A stretch of DNA of 64,000 bases from NCBI GenBank assembly GCA_965222375.1, contig CBDCTZ010000015.1, forward strand, positions 1,216,001 to 1,280,000, written 5' to 3'. The notes below the pieces were generated by a model that had not been told where the DNA came from, made no database searches, and saw nothing but the letters and a program-made list of their open reading frames with translations. This DNA is from Polyangiaceae bacterium (GTDB lineage Bacteria; Myxococcota_A; Polyangia; Polyangiales; Polyangiaceae). This document shows, one piece after another, positions 49,015-59,131 of the stretch. The position numbers were made by a program, and so were the translations under genes. Numbering within the stretch: position 1 is the stretch's first letter; each line of letters starts with the position of its first letter.

Positions 49015-50352
49015 TCAGGCTTTGACGTGCTTGGACACGAAGTCGCCTAAGATGCCTTCGAGGTTCGGCTTTCCGATCTCTTCGAGGTCGTAGAACACGC
49101 GGGTGTGGGGCTTTTCGATCTTGATGATGCGGGCCAGGTCGATGGGGGTGCCGATCACGACCGCTTCGCAGTCCGTCGCGTTGATGGTCGCTTCGAGATC
49201 TCGCAGCTGTTCTTCGCCATAACCCATGGCCGGCAAAATGGTGCCGATGTCCGGGTAGATCTCGAAGGTCTCCTTGAGTTTGCCCACCAGGAAGGGTCTC
49301 GGGTCCACCAGGGTCGCACCGAGGTCCTTCGCGGCCACGACGCCCGCGCCGATCTTCATGCCGCCGTGGGTGAGGGTGGGACCGTCCTCGATGACCAGCA
49401 CGTTCTTGCCTTTGACCACGCTGGGGTCGGCGATGCGCACGGGCGAGTTGGCCTCGATCACGGTCGCATCGGGGCTCATCGCGGCAACGTTGGCTTTCAC
49501 CGTTTTGACGCCGGCGGGCTCGGCTGAGTCCATCTTGTTGATCACGACGACATCGGCGAGGCGGACGTTGATCTCACCCGGGTAGTAGCCCAGTTCGTGT
49601 CCGGGCCGATGCGGATCGGCCACCGTGATGTACAGGTCCGTCTTGTAGAACGTGAAATCGTTGTTGCCGCCGTCCCAGACGATCACATCGCAGCCATCCG
49701 GGTCCTTTTCGGCCGCGCGGAGGATCGCTTCGTAGTCGGCACCGGCATAGATGACGTTGCCGCGCACGATATGCGGCTCGTACTCTTCCATTTCTTCAAT
49801 CGTGCAATCGTGCTTCTTCAGATCTTCCAGCTTGGCGAAGCGCTGCACTCGCTGTGCGGCCAGGTCGCCATAGGGCATTGGGTGACGAATGGCCACCGGC
49901 TTGAGGCCTTGCTTCATCAAGAGCTCGATCGCACGACGCGTCGTTTGGCTCTTGCCTGCACCGGTGCGCACGGCGCAGACCGAAATCACGGGCTTGGTGC
50001 TAGAGACCAGGGTGTCCTTCAGGCCTAGAAGCGTAAACGACGCCCCCGCGGCAGTGACGATGGCGTTGACGTGCATGACGTGCTCGTAGGGCACGTCGCT
50101 GTACGAAAACGCGCACTCGTCGACGTCGAGCTCTTTGATCAGCCGCGGCAGCTCCGACTCGGAGTGGATCGGGATCCCCTCGGGATAGAGACGCCCAGCA
50201 AGTTCCGGCGGATAGCGACGATCGTCGATCCCCGGGATCTGCTCGGCGGTGAACGCGACGACCTTGACCGCCTCGTCCTCGCGGTAGCGCGTGTTGAAGT
50301 TGTGGAAGTCGCGACCCGCGGCTCCAATAATGATGACCCTGCGTTGCGTCAC
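49015..50352 (-). CDS. COG2403 P-loop protein (cyclic 2,3-diphosphoglycerate synthetase-like / arginine synthetase-like)
   Basis: GAAGRDFHNFN, AVRTGAGKSQ, IRHPMPYGDL, WDGGNND, EDGPTLTHGGM, PAMGY; AGGAG RBS before GTG 50352. Confidence 0.88.
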   Translation of the reverse strand: MTQRRVIIIGAAGRDFHNFNTRYREDEAVKVVAFTAEQIPGIDDRRYPPELAGRLYPEGIPIHSESELPRLIKELDVDECAFSYSDVPYEHVMHVNAIVTAAGASFTLLGLKDTLVSSTKPVISVCAVRTGAGKSQTTRRAIELLMKQGLKPVAIRHPMPYGDLAAQRVQRFAKLEDLKKHDCTIEEMEEYEPHIVRGNVIYAGADYEAILRAAEKDPDGCDVIVWDGGNNDFTFYKTDLYITVADPHRPGHELGYYPGEINVRLADVVVINKMDSAEPAGVKTVKANVAAMSPDATVIEANSPVRIADPSVVKGKNVLVIEDGPTLTHGGMKIGAGVVAAKDLGATLVDPRPFLVGKLKETFEIYPDIGTILPAMGYGEEQLRDLEATINATDCEAVVIGTPIDLARIIKIEKPHTRVFYDLEEIGKPNLEGILGDFVSKHVKA

Positions 50353-50478
50353 AGCATTGCTCCTCATCAACCGGATGTCGTCCGGGGGAGCGAAACGCAT
50401 ACTAGAGCAGCTCGCGAGAGGCTAGAGCCGAAGACAGTTGACCCACGGCACGGGTCCCCTGAGCATGCCGCCGCCTCG

Positions 50479-52401
50479 ATGAAGACAGACGGATCTGAGC
50501 ACCAACCCTACGTCCCGGCGAGCGAGAGTCCGGCGGAGTTCACGATCAAAGCCGTGGTCGCGGGCATGCTGTTCGGGGTCACCTTCGGTGCGGCAAACGC
50601 CTACCTCGGGCTTCGCGCTGGATTGACGATCTCGACGTCGATTCCCGTAGCCGTCATGACCGTTGCTGCATTTCGCCTGATGGCGCGCAGCGGCGTGAGG
50701 GGCGGCATCCTCGAGGCCAATCTGGCTCAGACCGTGGGCTCGGCGTCGAGTTCGGTGGCAAGTGGCGTGATCTTCACCTTGCCAGCGCTGTTTCTTTGGA
50801 AGCTGGCACCAGGGCTGTTGCAGATGACTCTGCTGGGCCTATGTGGCGGCTTGCTCGGGGTGTTGTTCATGATTCCGCTGCGTCGGTTCTTGATCGAACG
50901 CGAGCACCACAAACTGCCCTACCCTGAAGGTACGGCGTGCGCAGAAGTGTTGGTCGCTAGCGAGCAAGGCGGCACGCGAGCAAAGAACGTGTTCCTGGGG
51001 CTCGGGGCCGGCGCCCTGTTCAAGTTCCTCGCCGGCGCCCTCAAGATCTTTCCGGACAAGGTGACCGTCCCGCTACCGCTGCTGCCGAAAGCGGAGCTCG
51101 GCTCGAAACTGTCGGCGGCGCTATTTGGCGTCGGCTACATCCTGGGGCCGCGGATCGCAGCCGTGATGGTGGGCGGTGGTCTGCTGTCGTGGTTGGTAAT
51201 CATTCCGGGCATCGCGATCTGGGGCGGCGATCGAACGGCTCCGCTCTATCCGGAGACCGTCAAGACGATCACCGACATGGGCCCCAGCCTGATCTGGACC
51301 CGCTACGTGCGCTACATCGGCGCCGGCGCAGTGGCGGCCGGCGGGCTGATCACCCTGATCCGCAGCATTCCGACCATGGTCGAAAGCGTTCGCCTGGGCA
51401 CGCGAGAGATCAAGAGTCGGGTAAAAAACAAGGAGCAGCAGGTGCCGCGTACGGCGCGGGACCTTCCGCTATCCGTGGTCGCCGGCGGCCTGGCCATCGT
51501 GCTGCTCACGATGACTCTGGTGCCACAGGTTTTCGCCGTGGTCGGCGGACCGCTGCATCGCGCGATTGCTGCGGTGCTGGTCGTGATCTTTGCGTTCTTC
51601 TTCGTGACCGTGTCATCGCGCATCGTCGGCTTGGTCGGCTGCACGTCCAATCCCGTCAGCGGCATGACCATTGGCACGCTGATCGTGACGTCGTCCGTAT
51701 TCCTCGGCCTGGGTTTCACGGGCAACGCGGGGCGCGCCGCGGCCCTGACCGTGGGTTGTGTCGTGGCGATCGCGGCCTCGATAGCCGGAGATACGTCGCA
51801 AGATCTGAAAACAGGTTTTCTGCTGGGGGCTACGCCGAGGCGACAGCAGATTGGCGAACTGGTCGGCGTGCTGTCCTCCGCCACTTTCGTTTGCTTGGCG
51901 GTCATTCTGCTCGATCGCGCCTACGGCTTTGGAACCGAGGAGCTGCCCGCGCCCCAGGCAACTCTGATGAAGCTGGTGATTGAAGGCGTCCTCGATCGCT
52001 CTTTGCCGTGGACGCTCGTCCTGATGGGCGTCGCTCTTGCAGTCATTGCCGAGCTGCTCAAGATCCCGAGCTTGCCCTTCGCAGTTGGGGTGTACTTGCC
52101 GGTTTCCACGATGGTTCCGGTTTTCGCGGGCGGTGCGCTGCGCTGGTGGTTGGACCGCCGCTCGAAGTCCAAAGAGGAGCGATCCAAGCGACGTTCCGGC
52201 GGGATTTTGTTCGGCTCCGGGCTCGTCGGCGGAGAAGGACTGCTCGGCGTCGGTATCGCCGCGGTGGCGTTCTCCCAGGGAGCTGCGCCCAAGGGCGTGG
52301 GCTATGGTTGGGCGGGGATGTTGGCGCCATTGGTTGGAGTATTCGCCTTCGCGTGCTTGATGGCCGGGCTCTGGAAAGTCGCGACTAGCGCCAAGCGATG
52401 A
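50479..52401 (+). CDS. OPT-family oligopeptide transporter
   Basis: ANAYLGL.AG.T...SIP, E.N..QT, YPEG.ACAEVL, SNPVSGMT, QDLKTG.LLGATP, PAPQA.LM. Confidence 0.93.
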   Translation: MKTDGSEHQPYVPASESPAEFTIKAVVAGMLFGVTFGAANAYLGLRAGLTISTSIPVAVMTVAAFRLMARSGVRGGILEANLAQTVGSASSSVASGVIFTLPALFLWKLAPGLLQMTLLGLCGGLLGVLFMIPLRRFLIEREHHKLPYPEGTACAEVLVASEQGGTRAKNVFLGLGAGALFKFLAGALKIFPDKVTVPLPLLPKAELGSKLSAALFGVGYILGPRIAAVMVGGGLLSWLVIIPGIAIWGGDRTAPLYPETVKTITDMGPSLIWTRYVRYIGAGAVAAGGLITLIRSIPTMVESVRLGTREIKSRVKNKEQQVPRTARDLPLSVVAGGLAIVLLTMTLVPQVFAVVGGPLHRAIAAVLVVIFAFFFVTVSSRIVGLVGCTSNPVSGMTIGTLIVTSSVFLGLGFTGNAGRAAALTVGCVVAIAASIAGDTSQDLKTGFLLGATPRRQQIGELVGVLSSATFVCLAVILLDRAYGFGTEELPAPQATLMKLVIEGVLDRSLPWTLVLMGVALAVIAELLKIPSLPFAVGVYLPVSTMVPVFAGGALRWWLDRRSKSKEERSKRRSGGILFGSGLVGGEGLLGVGIAAVAFSQGAAPKGVGYGWAGMLAPLVGVFAFACLMAGLWKVATSAKR

Positions 52402-52766
52402 TGGCTGTGCTGAAGGACCTACGCGAAGCGCACATCCAGGCCACGGTCGTGCCGCCGGTTCCCGAGACCGACCACGAGGCCGTCACCCAGGTGGCGCCGT
52501 AAAGCCCTCCAACGGACTTGGGGCGTGATGAGCGACAGAGCATCCGCGCCACTGCCGGAGGAGCTTTGGCCTGAAGCCCGCGCGTAATGGAGCGCTGGTA
52601 GAGGCAGGCCCAACAGCGAGCCGCTGCGCCCTTGCGCTGTTCCTGCGGGTCCAATTGGGCCTCGACGGTCCAAAGTGGCTCGACGGAAGCAAACGGCCCA
52701 TCCGCGCAAGCAGGTCAGTTGGTGCCCCTACAGCGCTTGGCCTGCATGCTGCAACGACGCCCTGAC

Positions 52767-54446
52767 ATGCACGCCTCATTGCGCCAGGGCCTCCTTTCAC
52801 CGCTCCTGGTCTCCCTGCTGGTCCTTGGTTGCAGCGACGGCGTGGAGCCGGGACGTGGTGGGACGCCTTCGACGCAAGGTGGCGCCAGCGGTGGTGGACA
52901 GGGCGGCGCGGGGCAGAGCGACGCGGGACACACCAACGGCGGGCAGGGCAACGCGGGTGGCACAGTCGGGGACAGTGGTCCCGATGGAACGCAGGTTTCG
53001 GGCTCCCATGACAACCCCTATCAGGCTCAGGGTCTCGTTCCGGCCTTCCCCGGAGCGGAAGGTCATGGTGCCCGCGCACTCGAGCCCTGCCGAAGTCTAC
53101 CAATCCGGATCCTCGAGGTAACCAACGTCGACGATAGCGGACCGGGAAGCCTTCGTGACGCATTGGGGCGTGTTTCGGGCGATCGATTCGACTTCGTGGT
53201 GTTTCGGACCTCGGGCACGATCGTCCTCGACTCACGATTGCGGACAACGAGCGCTCGCTGTCTCTATGTGGCCGGTCAAACGGCACCCAAAGGAGGCGTC
53301 ACGGTTCGAAAACACGGCCTCGGATTCAAGTGGGCCAACGATGTCGCCATTCGTTTCATCAAGAGCAGGCCCGGGGTGATGGCCCCGGGAACCCCAGGCA
53401 CGTACGGGAACATTGGACTCAGCCTCGGAAGCCCGAGGAACACCATCGCCGATCACCTTTCACTCAGCTGGGCCAACGACAAGGCCTTGACCGTCACCAA
53501 CGGCGTCAACGAACCCATCGCGGAAATCAAGCAGGATTCGGCGGACGTTTCGGTGCAGCGAACCATCTTGTCAGAAACTGCGAACCACCCAACCGCGGCT
53601 CAACTGACGGGCGGCTACAAGACTCAAATCAATGGCGTATGGACGGTGATCGATCCGCCCACCAATCACTACAACGTCAGCCTCCACGCCAACCTGTTTC
53701 ACAGCAACAGTCACCGCAATCCCCAAATGACCACCGACGGCACGCGGATCGTGAACAACGTCGTGTACAACTGGCGCCAGGGCGCTCTGCAGTCGTCGTA
53801 CACCACGAAGTTCGACGCGGTCAGCAACTACTTCAAGCCTGGCCCCTCCACCGGGACCTACAATTGGGAGATCACGTGGTCGTGCTCGCCCAAGCCTTCT
53901 GCCTCGGTATCGATCTTTGCGAGCGGAAACATTGGACCCCACGACGCCACCGGCACGGGCGACCCCTGGACCGGCACTTCGAGAATGATCGCGTGCTACT
54001 ACAAGACAGGTGCGACCGTCGGGGAACCACTGCCGCAATCTTTCAGGCGCACGAGTGCTCTTCCCCCGGCTTGGATCCCGGTTACCGTACGCAGCGCGGC
54101 AGACGCATACACCTCGGTGCTCGGCGACGTGGGTGCCAACGCGCGGGTGGATTGTCATGGTAGCTGGATCAGCGAAATGGATTCCCACGACCAGCGCGCC
54201 CTCGAAGAAACGGCGAAGGGAAACGGACTTAGCGGCCTCCCGACCCAGGCCAACACCCCGACGCCCCCGCTGGTCCCTTCTGCAACGGGTTGCGCGGATT
54301 CCGACGGAGACGGAATGCCCGATGCCTTCGAGCTCCGCTACTGGGGGGCGGCTGAAAGCGGCAAGGCGGAGCTCGACGACGACCAGGACGGGTACCTGAA
54401 CGTGGAGGAGTACTTGAACGGCACCATGCCCCGAATGTCGCAGTAG
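52767..54446 (+). CDS. pectate lyase-like (PL1) lipoprotein
   Basis: Lipobox VLGC; AFPGAEGHG, VTN.DDSGPGSLR, GQTAP..G, DHLS.SW..D, RNP, NNVVYNW, DSDGDGMPD..E. Confidence 0.85.
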   Translation: MHASLRQGLLSPLLVSLLVLGCSDGVEPGRGGTPSTQGGASGGGQGGAGQSDAGHTNGGQGNAGGTVGDSGPDGTQVSGSHDNPYQAQGLVPAFPGAEGHGARALEPCRSLPIRILEVTNVDDSGPGSLRDALGRVSGDRFDFVVFRTSGTIVLDSRLRTTSARCLYVAGQTAPKGGVTVRKHGLGFKWANDVAIRFIKSRPGVMAPGTPGTYGNIGLSLGSPRNTIADHLSLSWANDKALTVTNGVNEPIAEIKQDSADVSVQRTILSETANHPTAAQLTGGYKTQINGVWTVIDPPTNHYNVSLHANLFHSNSHRNPQMTTDGTRIVNNVVYNWRQGALQSSYTTKFDAVSNYFKPGPSTGTYNWEITWSCSPKPSASVSIFASGNIGPHDATGTGDPWTGTSRMIACYYKTGATVGEPLPQSFRRTSALPPAWIPVTVRSAADAYTSVLGDVGANARVDCHGSWISEMDSHDQRALEETAKGNGLSGLPTQANTPTPPLVPSATGCADSDGDGMPDAFELRYWGAAESGKAELDDDQDGYLNVEEYLNGTMPRMSQ

Positions 54447-54629
54447 GCGACGGGCAATCGTTCTGGAACGGAGACGTGCCCCACACGCCTCTGGCCGCGC
54501 CCGAGCAAAGAGTGCCATCAGCCGTCAGCTCGAGCCGCGCTAGCTGCCGGCGGGCCGCTTTTCACTCCGCGGGCAGAAAATCGCGAACCAAGCTAAAGGA
54601 CTGACCGAGCGCTCCGTTCTTTGGAATCG

Positions 54630-54938
54630 ATGCGACTCGAAGCTGCTTTGGTGGTGGTGGTACTTGGCCTGCCGGCGTGCGGTTCTTCAGGGGAACGTCC
54701 GTCGCCGGTGGCAGGGGAGACCGGCGAGACCGGAGCGGACGCGCGTCCTACCCATCTAGACGCGTCTCCCGGCCCGGATAGCGGGTCGCAGGCGGTCTGT
54801 GTCGAAGGCAGCCAGCGCAGTTGCAAGGTGACGCTGCCATCTCACGGCCAGATCAACAACTGCTTCGTCGGCGTCGAAATCTGCGAAAACGGCCAATGGG
54901 GGCCCTGTAGCCCTGAGCCTGAGCCGGACCCGAGCTAG
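54630..54938 (+). CDS. small Cys-rich lipoprotein
   Basis: Lipobox LPAC; C..G..RSC...CFVG...C..G.WG.C. Confidence 0.7.
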   Translation: MRLEAALVVVVLGLPACGSSGERPSPVAGETGETGADARPTHLDASPGPDSGSQAVCVEGSQRSCKVTLPSHGQINNCFVGVEICENGQWGPCSPEPEPDPS

Positions 54939-55043
54939 GCCTGTCGGGGTGAGTCCTTCCAGCTGGCGTCGCCAGCTAGCGGCCGGAAAACCCGCATGTG
55001 GCCAGCCTCAAGCCCCCAGGGCTGCGACCGTTCTTCGGAATGT

Positions 55044-57560
55044 ATGCGAACCGTTTCTGACAGCGGGGTGAGCGAAACCAAGTCGGGAGGCTATCTGCGC
55101 CGCTGGGCCCTTTTCGCAACCCTCGGGGGTCTGATGCTGACGGGCCTCCTGGTGGCGTGTGGAAACGCCGAGCCGCAGGCCAGTTGCAAGGGGCATCAGG
55201 TGGTGGGCAAAGGGAAACTGCAGCCGAACAGCGCCACCAAGTCGCTTTCGCCGCCGAGTGCCTGCGTCGGCAATCCCTGCGACCCCTTCTGTCAGAATTT
55301 CGACGAGAAGCCCGATGGCGGAGTCCAGGCCGACGCGCAAACCGGTTACCAGTGGCCCACTGGAAGTGTGGACGATCTGCCCACGGGCCTCGTGAACAAG
55401 GGCCTCAAGGAACCCTGCGTCACCGGGGCGGATTGCCAATTCAGCCGCTACTGCAAGGAGCCCAAGACGGGCACCAGCTGCAGTCACTCGAAGTGTCAGA
55501 CCGGCGGCGGTCTGACAGCCGGCTGCGATGCCTGCGTAGATCTGGTCTGCCAAGCTGACCCGAGTTGCTGCGACAGCGTGTACTCGCACAGCTGCTCCCA
55601 CGACCCGTGCAGTCAGGGGCAAGCGCTCAAAAGCAATTGCGACTCGTGCGTCAAGAAGGTCTGCCAAGCGGACTCCTACTGCTGCTCCAAGAACGGATAC
55701 TGGGACAGCACATGCGTCGCCCAGGTCGCTAGCGTCTGCGGGCTGTCTTGCCCCCTGGGACAACCGGGCAACTGGACGCAGAGCTGCGTGGACAAAGTGG
55801 CCACGGTCTGCGACGCTCAGTGTGGTGCGGGCGCGCCACCGCCGGAATCCGGGCAGTGCGTCCCCTGGCTACCCGGCGAAACGGACCCGACTTGCAGTGG
55901 CGTGGATCTAGCGCTCGGCGTGCCATGCGACGACAAGATCCCGGTCTGCAACCACGGCAACACCGTTGCTCCCGCAGGCATTCGTTTGATCCACTACCCG
56001 GCGAACTCCAAGCAGTACCCGCTGTGCACGCCGAGCCAAACGCACCCGCAGATGAAGGAGTGCTTCACGACGGAAGCCGTGCCTCCGGGCGAATGTCGCA
56101 GTGTGAGCTGCCCCAACCTCGGCAACGGCAATCGCGAAGTCATGGTGAATCCACCGGGTGCCGCGCAAATCAACGAATGCAACTGCCTCGACAACTGGAC
56201 CCTCTTCAGTGGTGGCGTTAGCTGCGGCAATCCGAACTGCGCGGGCAAGACCGAAACCGCACAGCTCAAGCCCGTCAATCTGTACTTCGTTGTCGATCGC
56301 TCGGGCTCGATGAGTGGAAGCAAGTGGACTGGGACGACCCAGGCGCTCACGTCGTTCTTCCAATCGCCGAGCGCGGCTGGGTTGGGGTCAGCGCTCGAGT
56401 TCTTCCCGCTCTCGAGTGGGGGATCGAACGGCGACGGCTGCGCTCCGGATTGGAATAGTTGCTCCTCAGTACCTTGCGGCAACCCGATGATCCCCATCGG
56501 CAAGTTGACCACTGCAGGCGCTCCGACCGATGCGCAAGAAGCGGCTCTGGTCTCCGCCGTCAATTCCGTTTGGCCCGGCGGTGGCACTCCGACACACCCA
56601 GCCTTAGACGGCGCTCTGACCTGGGCGACCACACAGCAGCAACTGGATCCAAGCGAAATCTACGTCGTCATACTAGTCACCGACGGGGACCCAACCTGGT
56701 GCAACACCAGCAACTCGGCTATCGCCAACCTGGCGGCGGCTGCAATGAGTAGCTCTGGCATCCGAACCTATACGATTGGCATGCAAGGGGCGAATGTTGC
56801 CGCCCTCGACAACATCGCAAGCGCCGGCGGCACAGGTCAGGCCTTCGTCATCCAGGGCACCAACCAGAACAGCGTCGAGCAGCAGTTGATGGCTGCGTTC
56901 AGCGCTATCGCGGGACAAAACCTTGGCTGCAGCTTCCCTCTGCCGAAGTCCGACAGCTTTGATCTGAGCGATGTCACGGTCAGTTACACGCCCAGCAGCG
57001 GTTCGCCTACGACAGCACTCACAAAGCAGAACGCCGCCGGCGACTGTGGCGATGGCTGGCACTTTGACGACAATCTCAATCCCACGCAAATCACCCTCTG
57101 CCCATCCAGCTGCGCAACCGCCCAGCAAGACCCCGGCAGCAAAGTCGAGTTCACGGTGGGCTGCCCAAAGATCTACGCTGCACGGAGCCAGAGCGAGATC
57201 TACGAGGCTGTGTGCCCCGCCGGAACCATGCCGCAATGGGGATTCCTGGCGTACGACACCCTGACTCCCGGCGACTCTAAAGTCGTCTTTTCGGTCCGCG
57301 CTGCCACCTCTCAGGCGGCTCTGGCGGCGGCGGCGCCCCAAGTGGTGGCCACCGCGCGATCCACACCCACGGACACTCAGCTCTGTGGCTTGGGCGGACC
57401 GGCACCCTGCCCCATCGACCTGTTTGCGGTGTTCGGAAAACCCGCGGCGACCTACGACTTTCTCCAGCTCGACCTGACCCTGACGCCCAGCAGCGGCGGC
57501 ACGAACACACCCACGATCAACGACTGGAAGCTCACCTATTCCTGTCCCCCATCCGAGTGA
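55044..57560 (+). CDS. Cys-rich vWA-domain lipoprotein (adhesin-like)
   Basis: LVAC; repeated CSH..C..G..L...CD.CV..VC.AD..CC; MIDAS DRSGSM...GGTPT...VTDG; start uncertain (54996/55044). Confidence 0.85.
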   Translation: MRTVSDSGVSETKSGGYLRRWALFATLGGLMLTGLLVACGNAEPQASCKGHQVVGKGKLQPNSATKSLSPPSACVGNPCDPFCQNFDEKPDGGVQADAQTGYQWPTGSVDDLPTGLVNKGLKEPCVTGADCQFSRYCKEPKTGTSCSHSKCQTGGGLTAGCDACVDLVCQADPSCCDSVYSHSCSHDPCSQGQALKSNCDSCVKKVCQADSYCCSKNGYWDSTCVAQVASVCGLSCPLGQPGNWTQSCVDKVATVCDAQCGAGAPPPESGQCVPWLPGETDPTCSGVDLALGVPCDDKIPVCNHGNTVAPAGIRLIHYPANSKQYPLCTPSQTHPQMKECFTTEAVPPGECRSVSCPNLGNGNREVMVNPPGAAQINECNCLDNWTLFSGGVSCGNPNCAGKTETAQLKPVNLYFVVDRSGSMSGSKWTGTTQALTSFFQSPSAAGLGSALEFFPLSSGGSNGDGCAPDWNSCSSVPCGNPMIPIGKLTTAGAPTDAQEAALVSAVNSVWPGGGTPTHPALDGALTWATTQQQLDPSEIYVVILVTDGDPTWCNTSNSAIANLAAAAMSSSGIRTYTIGMQGANVAALDNIASAGGTGQAFVIQGTNQNSVEQQLMAAFSAIAGQNLGCSFPLPKSDSFDLSDVTVSYTPSSGSPTTALTKQNAAGDCGDGWHFDDNLNPTQITLCPSSCATAQQDPGSKVEFTVGCPKIYAARSQSEIYEAVCPAGTMPQWGFLAYDTLTPGDSKVVFSVRAATSQAALAAAAPQVVATARSTPTDTQLCGLGGPAPCPIDLFAVFGKPAATYDFLQLDLTLTPSSGGTNTPTINDWKLTYSCPPSE

Positions 57561-57564
57561 AGTC

Positions 57565-58953
57565 ATGAAGCTCAAACCCAGTTCAAGAACCTTCTTTATA
57601 GCCGTCCCGGTGCTGGGCGTGTGTTTGTTCGGAGTCGCCGCCGCTTGTTCGACGGGGGGCCGCCCACCGCCCACGGGTACTGGCGGACCATCGGTGGTTA
57701 CGAGCGGGGGCTCGAATGGCTTCGATGCGCCTCCGACTGGAAGTGGCGGCGAGTCTGCAGCGGGTGGAGCACCGGGCAGCGACGCCGGTGCGGATAGCGG
57801 CAGCGCCACGGGCAGCTGCGGCAACGACGTGAAGGAAGTCGGCGAGGAGTGCGACGGCAACGACCTTGCCAACCTCAGCTGCGCAGACCTCGGCTACGAG
57901 CAGGGTACGCTCAGCTGTGCTGGGTGTCAGCTCGACACTACGGGCTGTAGCGGCACCGAGGATTGCTTCGACGCCAAGGACAACGATGGGGACAGCAAGG
58001 TCGACTGCCAGGACGCCGACTGCAAAGTCGCTTGCTCGAGTAGCTGCGACGCGCCACCCACTCTGGGCGATCCAGCCGTGGTGTCCGGTCAAGTTCTCGG
58101 GCATGCCAGTTTGGTGCAGCCGACGTGCGCCTCGAAAGGCAGCGGCCCCGAGGTTGTCTATCGCGTCGTTGCTCAAAAGGCCGGCGTCGTCGAGGCAGTT
58201 TTGACCACCGAGGAGCCGCTGGTGCTTTCCCTTCGCCAGGCCTGCGACACGCAGGAGCTGGTCTGTAGCGGCGGTGGCCGGGTCGAGCATGCGGCGTCAG
58301 CGGGTGACGTCTTCTATGTGGCCGTCGATGCCGTCGGCAGCGACCTCAAGGACGGTGCCTACCTGCTGTCCGTGGGCAGCCGCAACATCGTGTGCGGCGA
58401 TGGGCACACCGACAGCGGAGAGCAATGCGATGACGGTCAACCCGCGGCATCCGGTGACGGCTGCGACGCGAGCTGTCAGATCGAGTCCATCGAACACGGC
58501 GCCAACGACAAGGTCAACCAAGCCGACCCGATCAGTGCGGGATTCCACCCCGCGCAGATCGAACCTGCAGGCGACATCGACTACTTCAAGGTCGACGTTG
58601 CCACTGGGGCATCCTTGATCGTCGACACCTTTGATTTCGGCGACGGCGCCTGTGCCAAACAACAGCTAGATGCTGCGCTGACGGTGCTCGGACCCGACCA
58701 ACAGACGGTGGTCGCTGAGGATGACGACAGCGGTGCAGGCACTTGCGCTCACGTCGCACTGGGAGGATTACCCGGCGGGACCTACACCATCGCGGTCTCC
58801 GCCTCGGCTTTCGGGGACTTGGAAACCTTTGGATACGTGTTGGCGGTCGTTGTGGATGCCTGCGGGAATGGCAATCAGGTGGAAACCGAAGCCTGCGACG
58901 ACGCCAACGTCACCCCGGGCGACGGCTGCAGCGCAACTTGCCAGCGCGAATGA
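57565..58953 (+). CDS. lipoprotein with Myxococcus Cys-rich (DUF4215-like) repeats and PPC-like domains
   Basis: AAAC; CGDG...GEQCDDG...GDGC..SC..E; GD.DYF.V...EDDD. Confidence 0.82.
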   Translation: MKLKPSSRTFFIAVPVLGVCLFGVAAACSTGGRPPPTGTGGPSVVTSGGSNGFDAPPTGSGGESAAGGAPGSDAGADSGSATGSCGNDVKEVGEECDGNDLANLSCADLGYEQGTLSCAGCQLDTTGCSGTEDCFDAKDNDGDSKVDCQDADCKVACSSSCDAPPTLGDPAVVSGQVLGHASLVQPTCASKGSGPEVVYRVVAQKAGVVEAVLTTEEPLVLSLRQACDTQELVCSGGGRVEHAASAGDVFYVAVDAVGSDLKDGAYLLSVGSRNIVCGDGHTDSGEQCDDGQPAASGDGCDASCQIESIEHGANDKVNQADPISAGFHPAQIEPAGDIDYFKVDVATGASLIVDTFDFGDGACAKQQLDAALTVLGPDQQTVVAEDDDSGAGTCAHVALGGLPGGTYTIAVSASAFGDLETFGYVLAVVVDACGNGNQVETEACDDANVTPGDGCSATCQRE

Positions 58954-59032
58954 GGGCGAGATTGGCAAACGATAATCCAGTGGGCGCGAATCAGCGCGAG
59001 ATTGGCAGGCGATGATCTGCTGGGCGCCAATC
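58944..59032 (+). repeat. imperfect 40-bp tandem repeat (~2.2 copies)
   Basis: gcgagattggcaaacgataatccagtgggcgcgaatc vs gcgagattggcaggcgatgatctgctgggcgccaatc. Confidence 0.7.
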
Positions 59033-59131
59033 GAGTGCCGAAACCGGCTCGTTGGCCCGGCCAATCCAGTTTTCAAGGCGTTCCGGCAGCCGGGGACTTC
59101 GGATCGGTCGACCGCTGACTATGTTTTGTAG

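Noticed and set aside
50071..50478. Long N-terminal extension of the OPT ORF
   Set aside because: Overlaps the COG2403 gene in antisense; OPT-like sequence starts at ATG 50479
54504..54520. Sigma-54 promoter (TGGCAC...TTGC on minus strand)
   Set aside because: GG-GC spacing is 8, not 10, and no gene lies downstream on that strand
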